NCBI RefSeq assembly: GCF_036323395.1
Contig: NZ_AP028907.1
Coordinates: 1,140,001-1,172,000, forward strand
From: Pyrodictium abyssi
GTDB taxonomy: Archaea; Thermoproteota; Thermoprotei_A; Sulfolobales; Pyrodictiaceae
Reading direction: 5' to 3'
DNA: 32,000 nt
Part shown: one piece after another, positions 26,323 to 32,000 of the stretch
Numbering within the stretch: position 1 is the stretch's first letter
Layout of the letters: each line of letters starts with the position of its first letter
Position numbers and translations under genes: made by a program
The notes under the pieces: generated by a model
The model's input: the letters and a program-made list of their open reading frames with translations, nothing else
Databases searched by the model: none
Told to the model about the DNA's origin: nothing

Positions 26323-26793
26323 ATTAGACTGTCTAGTTCCATGGTGTCTTGGCGGTCAAGAGCCTCTTGTGCATAATCCTCGCCGACGTCCATGGCCCCC
26401 CGGGACGAAGCCCGTGCGGGTTGGCGAGAAGGCGGCTGTTACCAGGATCTTCAGCTTGAGGCTCACGTTCTCCAGGCCTATTGCCCCGCTCTGCCGGTAG
26501 CCCATGTGCATCTAGGTCGTCGCCGCGGTGCTAGCCATCGCGGCCCCGTGGCGCCGCGGCGCTGGCACGGCTCGGCGGAGAATTGCGGGCTTCTGGCCGG
26601 GTGTATCGCCCCCTTCCCTGGCGCCGGGTACGGCTCGATGGAGAGCTGTAGGCTCTTGGCCTCTGCCGTGTCTATGCTGCTGACCGCCTCCGCGGCGCGC
26701 GGTCTATCTGCCGCGCCAGGACCCAGACGTAGCCTAGGGACTCGCGGTACTCCATAAAGCTCATAGCACGGCCACCCCCAGGCCTATAGACGG

Positions 26794-26985
26794 GTGCAGC
26801 AGGGCGTGGCCCAGAAAGCCAGGGTAGTTAGAGCTGAGAGCTGGGAGGAGCTCCCAGAGGTCCTCGAGCCAGGCGTGGTGTATGACGTGGACGGTGTAAT
26901 AATTAGGCCTAGGGTGAGGCTCTCCAGGGACGAGGCCAGGGGTATAGCGCTCGGCGTCAAAGAGATGGTGAGTAGGCAAGCCTAG
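26794..26985 (+). CDS. small hypothetical protein (63 aa)
   Basis: GTG start with host-like codons (AGG, GTA, ATA, GAG). An antisense 72-aa ORF (26761..26979) is equally open but uses many CCT codons. The choice between the two is unresolved. Confidence 0.3.
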   Translation: MQQGVAQKARVVRAESWEELPEVLEPGVVYDVDGVIIRPRVRLSRDEARGIALGVKEMVSRQA

Positions 26986-27305
26986 CCCCTCCTCCGCCTC
27001 GCCTTATAGGTTCCATTGGTCCTGGGCGCGAGGTAGACGAACCAGACCCTACAGATGTCTTCTCTTAGCACGTAGAAGCCCCTCGCGGTCTGCCTGCCGA
27101 AGTAGTAGCGCCTAGCAGGGTACCACCTGCGCAGCTTCTTAACATAGACCTCCACGACTACGGGGCTCCTCCGCAGCTTCTCGAGGAGCTTTCCTCGAAG
27201 CCTCTCATCCCTTAGCTGCCTCTCCAGATCCTTTAGCTCCCTCTTGGCGTCCTCCCAGATGCCTAGGGCCTGGGCTGCTCTGCGGAGCTCTGCCGTCCAG
27301 TTCAC
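26982..27305 (-). CDS. hypothetical basic protein (107 aa)
   Basis: Codon usage is clean and host-like (AGG/CTA). The N-terminus is coiled-coil-like and the C-terminus is Arg/Tyr-rich. No family was recognised. Confidence 0.5.
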   Translation of the reverse strand: MNWTAELRRAAQALGIWEDAKRELKDLERQLRDERLRGKLLEKLRRSPVVVEVYVKKLRRWYPARRYYFGRQTARGFYVLREDICRVWFVYLAPRTNGTYKARRRRG

Positions 27306-27599
27306 CCTCCAGCCAGCCTCGCAGGGGTCCCCGCCCTACGCTTCCTCCTTCCCTTCCGCTTCCCTGTCATCCCTTTCGACCCCCGCAGTGTCGGCCGGCT
27401 CCTCTACCTCGGGGTCGTCTACGACGAGACGCCTGCTCCTCGCCGGCTCGCTGGGAGCATTGCGTAGGCGTCTGGCGGCGGCCCCACCACGACATCGGCG
27501 CGGAGCCACTCGTTCACCAGCGCGTCGGCGGCCCTCGGCCTCTGCTATGGCACGAGCTGGCGCCCCGGCGGGGGCTGCGTAGGGGCCTCGCTGTGGCGG

Positions 27600-27794
27600 G
27601 TGTTGCTGCTGTGCTGCTCCTGGCCCTCTACCCGCTCTACGCGAGGCCCCTACGCTGGCCCCGCTGAGCCGGGGGTGCTGGGGCTGATACGCTACCTGGC
27701 GTACGCGCCCCTGGTCTTCCTGCTCACGCTTGTCGGCGGCGTGGTCATCCTCCTGGAGCTGCCGTCCTGGCTCCCACCGCTGCGCCCCGGCTAG
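27600..27794 (+). CDS. possible small membrane protein (64 aa)
   Basis: The open frame runs from 27468 with GC-rich third positions. It has one clear hydrophobic helix, LIRYLAYAPLVFLLTLVGGVVILL. The first canonical start is the GTG at 27600. Minus-strand frames here are broken by stops. Confidence 0.25.
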   Translation: MLLLCCSWPSTRSTRGPYAGPAEPGVLGLIRYLAYAPLVFLLTLVGGVVILLELPSWLPPLRPG

Positions 27795-28354
27795 GCGCAC
27801 TGCTGGGGGCTTTGCGGCTCCCGGGCTGTGCACTCGTAGCCTGCAAGTATGTCGGCTAGCTGTATCCCCACCGTCCTCGCGCTCGAGCGGAACACTACCC
27901 GGCGGAGCCTGGCGGGGGAGACGCGGCGGCGTAGACGGCCGAGCACCCTGTCGCGCTCGGGCACCAGGCCCTGATCCAGCACGGCTAGGCTGACCACGCC
28001 TAGGCTGCGGACCGCTCCCTCGAGCAGCCTGGCTGCGAGCTGGAGCCGCGCCTCCGAGACGCTGGAGCCTATGTGGAGGCTCCCCGCCTCTGCGTAGGCC
28101 GCTGCGCCGCGTATGAGGCGCACTAGCTCCCCGGGCTCTAGGCCGCGCTGCCGCGCAGCCCGGCGGGCCTTACGCCACTTTAGCTCGCCCTGGCGCCACC
28201 CGAGCACCTTGAGGAGGGCGCGGTAGACGCCTAGCCCGGCCTTCTCCACGCCGCCGCTGCCCCGGGCGAAGCAGACGACGGCCATGCAGAGCCAGCTACA
28301 CGTCCTCATGCCCCCGGAGGCGGACTCGTCCATGAAGCAGACGTAGCGCTCCAA
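27791..28354 (-). CDS. DUF3800-like protein
   Basis: 187 aa with N-terminal YVCFMDESASGG and C-terminal GIQLADILAG. Both match my recollection of the DUF3800 signature (DESG ... QLAD). The start is TTG. Confidence 0.55.
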   Translation of the reverse strand: MERYVCFMDESASGGMRTCSWLCMAVVCFARGSGGVEKAGLGVYRALLKVLGWRQGELKWRKARRAARQRGLEPGELVRLIRGAAAYAEAGSLHIGSSVSEARLQLAARLLEGAVRSLGVVSLAVLDQGLVPERDRVLGRLRRRVSPARLRRVVFRSSARTVGIQLADILAGYECTAREPQSPQQCA

Positions 28355-28666
28355 CAGCCCCCGGCACCGCCAGCAGGCCCGGGGGCGGCGGAGAGCTTAA
28401 ACACGCCGGAGCCCCTCATATCTACACGGGGCCTGTCCCGGGCCCGAGATGACCCGTGACGCCCCGGATGCCCCCCCGGCGAGGGGGTCGAAGGAGGGGC
28501 CGAGGGAGAGCACCCACATCCTAGTACACCCGTCACTGTTCTGCCCGCTAACGCTGCTAGTGGGCCTCCGGCACCCTCCCAGCCCATTACGCTGCGGCTC
28601 CGCCTCCGGGCCAGGCCATATAGCCCCCGCGGGCCCGTCCCCCGGCTGTGGAGAGGCCTGCCTGGG

Positions 28667-29203
28667 ATGATGATCGGTAACCGTGTACGCGGCGCCGCTT
28701 GGGCGGCAATGCTGGCTGCTCTCCCGGCTGCTGGCAGGCTCCTCGGCGGGGCTCTGGGCCAGGGCTGTGGCCACCCGCTCGCCTGCCGCGTTGCGGGCCT
28801 GGTTCTCCTGGCTGTGGTTGTCCGCGCTGCTGCTGTGACGGGCCGCTACCTAGCTGTCTACGGCAAGACGGGGCCGGGCAGGGGCTTCGGCGAGCTGGAC
28901 CGGCTCGTCACGGAGGGCCCGTACTCGTGTATGAGGCACCCTATGCACTTCTTCCTCGCCTGGCTCCCCCTGGCGGTGGCGCTCCTCCTGGCGAGCCCCG
29001 GGGCGGTGCTCGTAGCCCTCCTCGAGGCCGCCCTAGTGCTCGCGCTAGCGGTCACCCTGGACGAGAGGGAGAGCATCGCGAGGTTCGGGGACGAGTACCT
29101 CGCGTACCGGCGCCGGGTCCCAGCCTTCAACCCCAGCCCACACTGCCTAGCCAAGGCCCTCGGCCCCAGACCACCCAAGCACAGCAGGGAGCCCAGACGG
29201 TGA
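28667..29203 (+). CDS. isoprenylcysteine carboxyl / phospholipid methyltransferase-family membrane protein
   Basis: 178 aa with hydrophobic N-terminal segments. The C-terminal signature is [17 protein letters not shown]...[25 protein letters not shown]. The overlapping 200-aa frame is R/P/G-rich junk. Confidence 0.65.
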   Translation: MMIGNRVRGAAWAAMLAALPAAGRLLGGALGQGCGHPLACRVAGLVLLAVVVRAAAVTGRYLAVYGKTGPGRGFGELDRLVTEGPYSCMRHPMHFFLAWLPLAVALLLASPGAVLVALLEAALVLALAVTLDERESIARFGDEYLAYRRRVPAFNPSPHCLAKALGPRPPKHSREPRR

Positions 29204-29348
29204 CCCCCCGGGGGGCCGGGGAGGCGGGTTTAAGAAGGGGGCTGCCTGTGGGCCTCTGGGCTGGTGGTGCGTTATTGCATGGGCTGATGCTGGCCTCGTA
29301 GCTAGGCGTGGTCTCGAGCCCGCCCGCCGCATCATCCCCTGCCTCGAC

Positions 29349-30089
29349 GTGGCGGGGGGACGGGTGGTCAAGGGGACCCGGTTCCGGGACCTCCGTGACG
29401 CTGGTGACCCGGTGGAGCTGGCTGCCAGGTACGAGGAGGAGGGTGCGGACGAGCTCGTCTTCCTCGATATAAGCGCGACGCCGGAGCAGAGGGAGCCCCT
29501 CTACCGTGTCGTGAGGGACACAGCCTCTGTGGTCTCGATACCGTTCACCGTGGGGGGCGGGGTCCGGAGCCTACGCGACTTCGGCAGGATGCTGGACAGC
29601 GGCGCCGACAAGGTCTCGGTGAACACCGCGGCTGTCCGGGACCCCATGCTGGTGGCTGAGGCCGCCAGGGAGTACGGGAGCCAGGCGGTCGTGGTGGCTA
29701 TCGACGCTAAGTGGGTCGGCAGGAGCAGCTCCATCCCCAGCGGCTGGGAGGTCTACGTCAGCGGGGGCCGGGTCCCCACCGGGCTGGACGCGGTCGAGTG
29801 GGCCCGGAGAGTGGCCCGGCTCGGTGCGGGCGAGATACTCCTCACAAGCATAGACCGGGACGGGACCAGGGAGGGCTACGACCTCGAGCTCACCAGGGCG
29901 GTGGTCGAGGCGGTGGACATACCGGTTATCGCGAGCGGCGGCGCGGGCGAGCCCAGGCACTTCCTCGAGGCCTTCACCGTGGCGGGTGCCGACGCGGCGC
30001 TCGCCGCGGGCATCTTCCACTACCGCGTCTACAGCGTCAGGGAGGTCAAGGAGTACCTGGCCGAGAGGGGCGTGGAGGTGAGGCTCTAG
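29349..30089 (+). CDS. hisF: imidazole glycerol phosphate synthase cyclase subunit HisF (5' end unresolved)
   Basis: HisF motifs [56 protein letters not shown] and IASGGAG are present. The conserved RRIIPCLDV is encoded in frame just upstream of the first canonical start (GTG at 29349). Confidence 0.9.
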   Translation: MAGGRVVKGTRFRDLRDAGDPVELAARYEEEGADELVFLDISATPEQREPLYRVVRDTASVVSIPFTVGGGVRSLRDFGRMLDSGADKVSVNTAAVRDPMLVAEAAREYGSQAVVVAIDAKWVGRSSSIPSGWEVYVSGGRVPTGLDAVEWARRVARLGAGEILLTSIDRDGTREGYDLELTRAVVEAVDIPVIASGGAGEPRHFLEAFTVAGADAALAAGIFHYRVYSVREVKEYLAERGVEVRL

Positions 30090-30091
30090 CC

Positions 30092-31363
30092 GTGCCCCGT
30101 CTAGTCTACGCCGAGTGGCCCCGGGGCCCCGGCTCCGAGGAGCTGCGGGCTCTCCTCGGGAGGAGCTACAGCCTCGACGAGTACGTGGAAAGAGTCCGCC
30201 CGATCGTGGAGGACGTGAGGCGCCGGGGCTACGAGGCGGCAAGGGAGTACAGCGAGCGGTTCGACGGCGTGGGGCTCGAGGACCCCAGGGTCCCCCGGGA
30301 GGTGATGAGGGAGGCCCTAGAGAGCCTCCCAGCGGAGGTAGCGGGGGCGCTTGAGAGGGCTGTGGAGGCTGTCCGGCTCTACCACGTCTCCACCCGGCCC
30401 GCGGAGACCGGGGTCCCGGGGGCCCGGCTGCGCTGGCTCCCCGTGGAGCGGGTCGCCGCCTACGCGCCGGGCGGCATGCACCCCTACCCCTCCACCGTGG
30501 TACACACAGTGGTGCCGGCGAGGGCTGCTGGCTGCGGCCGCGTCGTGGTGGCGTCGCCGCCGTGCCGGGGCGGGGGCTGCCGTGGGTTCCCCGTGCACCC
30601 CGCTGTGCTCGCCGCAGCCTACCTCGCGGGCGCCGACATGGTCTATGCCCTGGGCGGCGCACAGGCGGTGGCGGCACTGGCCTACGGCGCCGAGCCCGTG
30701 GAGCGGGTCGACATGGTGGTGGGGCCGGGGAGCCCCTACGTGCAGGCCGCTAAGCTGCTCGTGTCCGGCGTCGTCGGCGTGGACATGGTGGCCGGGCCCA
30801 CGGAGCTAGCGGTGGTGGCGGACTGTAGCGCTGACCCCAGGCAGGTAGCGCTCGACATGCTGGCGGAGGCCGAGCACGGCCCCCTCAGCCTAGCGGTCCT
30901 GGCGACGCCCTGCCGCGGCCTAGCCGACGAGGTCTACGAGGCCCTCCGGCGCGAGGCCCGGGAGGGCATAGGCGACCTAGCGGTGGCCGTTACCCCGGGC
31001 GTCGAGGAGGCCCTGGGGCTAGCAGCCGCGATGGCGCCGGAGCACCTTGTAGCCTACCTCGAGGACCCCGGCCCGGTGCTCGAGCGCCGCGTCGGCGCCG
31101 GGGTGGTGAGCCTAGGGGTGCCGCCAGCGCTGCTCGACTACGCCTACGGGCCGAGCCACGTGCTGCCCACCGGCGGCGCCGCGAGGTGGAGGGGCGGGCT
31201 CAGCGTCTACACCTTCCTCCGGCCCGTAGCGCACGTGGAGCCCGGGCTCGAGGAGCGCTACCTAGAGGCCGCGGTGATCCTCGCCAGGCTCGAGGGCTTC
31301 GAGAACCATGCCCGTAGCCTGGAGCACAGGCTAGAGGAGCTAAGGAGGGCGAAGAGCCGGTGA
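30092..31363 (+). CDS. hisD: histidinol dehydrogenase
   Basis: The GTG start lies 2 nt after the hisF stop. HisD-like features include VRPIVEDVRRRGYEAAREYSERFDG, VGPGSPYVQAAK, AGPTE, EAEHGP and YAYGPSHVLPTGG. The 5' part of the track ORF (29711-30091) overlaps hisF out of frame and is rejected. Confidence 0.9.
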   Translation: MPRLVYAEWPRGPGSEELRALLGRSYSLDEYVERVRPIVEDVRRRGYEAAREYSERFDGVGLEDPRVPREVMREALESLPAEVAGALERAVEAVRLYHVSTRPAETGVPGARLRWLPVERVAAYAPGGMHPYPSTVVHTVVPARAAGCGRVVVASPPCRGGGCRGFPVHPAVLAAAYLAGADMVYALGGAQAVAALAYGAEPVERVDMVVGPGSPYVQAAKLLVSGVVGVDMVAGPTELAVVADCSADPRQVALDMLAEAEHGPLSLAVLATPCRGLADEVYEALRREAREGIGDLAVAVTPGVEEALGLAAAMAPEHLVAYLEDPGPVLERRVGAGVVSLGVPPALLDYAYGPSHVLPTGGAARWRGGLSVYTFLRPVAHVEPGLEERYLEAAVILARLEGFENHARSLEHRLEELRRAKSR

Positions 31364-31662
31364 GCAGCGGCTGCCTCGGGTTCCTCGAGGAGCTCGACAG
31401 GGTGATAGAGCAGCGGGCCCGGGAGCTGCCCGAGGGCAGCTACACCGCTAAGCTGCTCCGGGACCCGGCGCTGGCGGCCAGGAAGCTCGGCGAGGAGGCC
31501 GCGGAGGCCATGGTGGAGGCGCTGGCGGGGACCCGGGAGAGGCTGGTAGAGGAGGCCGCCGACCTCCTATACCACCTCATGGTGGTGCTCCGGCTCCGCG
31601 GCGCAAGCCTATGCGACGTAGCCAGGGCGCTGGAGGCGAGGGCGGGTTGGCGCCGAGGGTAG
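31360..31662 (+). CDS. hisE: phosphoribosyl-ATP pyrophosphatase
   Basis: 100 aa with SYTAKLL, KLGEEAAE and EEAADLLYHLMVVL. The GTG start overlaps the hisD stop by 4 nt. Confidence 0.85.
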   Translation: MSSGCLGFLEELDRVIEQRARELPEGSYTAKLLRDPALAARKLGEEAAEAMVEALAGTRERLVEEAADLLYHLMVVLRLRGASLCDVARALEARAGWRRG

Positions 31663-31664
31663 CA

Positions 31665-32000
31665 GTGATACGCTACGGCGTCGGCAACATCTACAGCATC
31701 GTCTCGGGGCTGCGCCGCGCCGGCGCAGAGCCGGTGGTCGTGGACTGCCTCCGAGACCCCGGCGGGTGGGACGGCGTAGTCCTGCCCGGCGTCGGCGCCT
31801 ACGCGGCGGCCTCGATGAGGCTCCACCAGTGCGCCCAGGAGATACGCGAGGCGCTCCGGATGGGCGCCAGCCTCCTAGGCGTCTGCCTCGGCCTACAGCT
31901 GGTCTTCACGGATAGCCGCGAGGCGGGGGAGCACAGCTACGGGCTCAGCCTGCTACCCGGCACCGTGGAGAAGCTAGCAGCAGCCAAGCTGCCCCACATC
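31665..32000 (+). CDS. hisH: imidazole glycerol phosphate synthase glutaminase subunit HisH (3' end outside the window)
   Basis: The GTG at 31665 gives IRYGVGNIYSIVSGLRRAG...VLPGVGAY...LLGVCLGLQL, including the class I amidotransferase nucleophile motif GVCLG. The ORF runs off the window end. Confidence 0.8.
   Translation, partial: MIRYGVGNIYSIVSGLRRAGAEPVVVDCLRDPGGWDGVVLPGVGAYAAASMRLHQCAQEIREALRMGASLLGVCLGLQLVFTDSREAGEHSYGLSLLPGTVEKLAAAKLPHI

Noticed and set aside
26761-26979. 72-aa minus-strand ORF directly downstream of the 107-aa gene
   Set aside because: It is fully antisense to the 63-aa + strand ORF. It uses many CCT codons that are rare in the confident host genes, so I favoured the + strand ORF. 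The evidence is weak and either or neither may be real.
27244-27833. ORFs 27244..27582(+) and 27336..27833(-)
   Set aside because: Both are S/A/R/P-rich and low-complexity. The minus-strand frames here are interrupted by stops where the sequence looks protein-like. Only the 27600..27794 frame has a coherent hydrophobic helix.
28355-28666. GC-rich gap with ORFs 28306..28587, 28397..28774 and 28449..28670, checked for tRNA or other structured RNA
   Set aside because: No T-loop (GTTCRAATC-like) or acceptor-stem pairing was found, and the ORFs are low-complexity. A TTTAAG on the minus strand at about 28392-28397 may simply be the TATA box of the DUF3800-like gene.
28658-28680. GGATGATGATCGG resembling a C/D-box sRNA C box (RUGAUGA)
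   Set aside because: No CUGA D box or C'/D' pair occurs within the next ~70 nt. The motif coincides with the ATGATG start of the methyltransferase ORF.
29571-30809. Long ORF 29571..30677(-), the 29711..30091 5' part of the hisD ORF, and 30115..30354, 30351..30809, 30562..30753 and 30317..30598
   Set aside because: These are antisense or out-of-frame readings of hisF and hisD. The his genes show strong family motifs and overlapping stop/start junctions typical of an operon.

Overview
This is a high-GC archaeal chromosome segment. Heavy AGG/CTA/ATA codon use, Shine-Dalgarno sites inside operons and an AT-rich unstructured CRISPR repeat suggest a crenarchaeote. A composite type III-B CRISPR-Cas locus occupies about 6.96-26.3 kb. 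It has three arrays sharing one 25-nt repeat, GAATCATAACAAATAGAACTGAAAG (22 + 15 + 11 repeats, 45 spacers). Each array is headed by a homologous leader module of about 430-500 bp. A very GC-rich cas6 sits exactly between two divergent arrays. A low-GC cmr4-cmr5-cmr1-cmr6-cmr2(cas10)-cmr3 operon follows array 2. Two Csx1-type effectors (DxTHG plus HEPN R-x4-H) bracket array 3. One of them is preceded by, or fused to, an extra CARF domain through what looks like a 1-nt frameshift. A fourth, decayed leader-plus-repeat relic lies at 25.9-26.3 kb. No cas1, cas2 or cas4 is present in the window. The left flank holds a catalytic-domain-only TGT-family gene, an AT-richer three-gene operon (wHTH protein, P-loop ATPase, HTH protein), small hypotheticals, a coiled-coil protein with a PD-(D/E)xK-like C-terminus, and pcp. 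The right flank holds small hypotheticals, a DUF3800-like gene, an ICMT-like methyltransferase and hisF-hisD-hisE-hisH (partial). All calls rest on motifs read by eye from the ORF translations and on hand alignment of repeats. No database search was possible. Many long ORFs in the track are antisense or out-of-frame artefacts of GC-rich DNA or translations of CRISPR repeats, and these were rejected.
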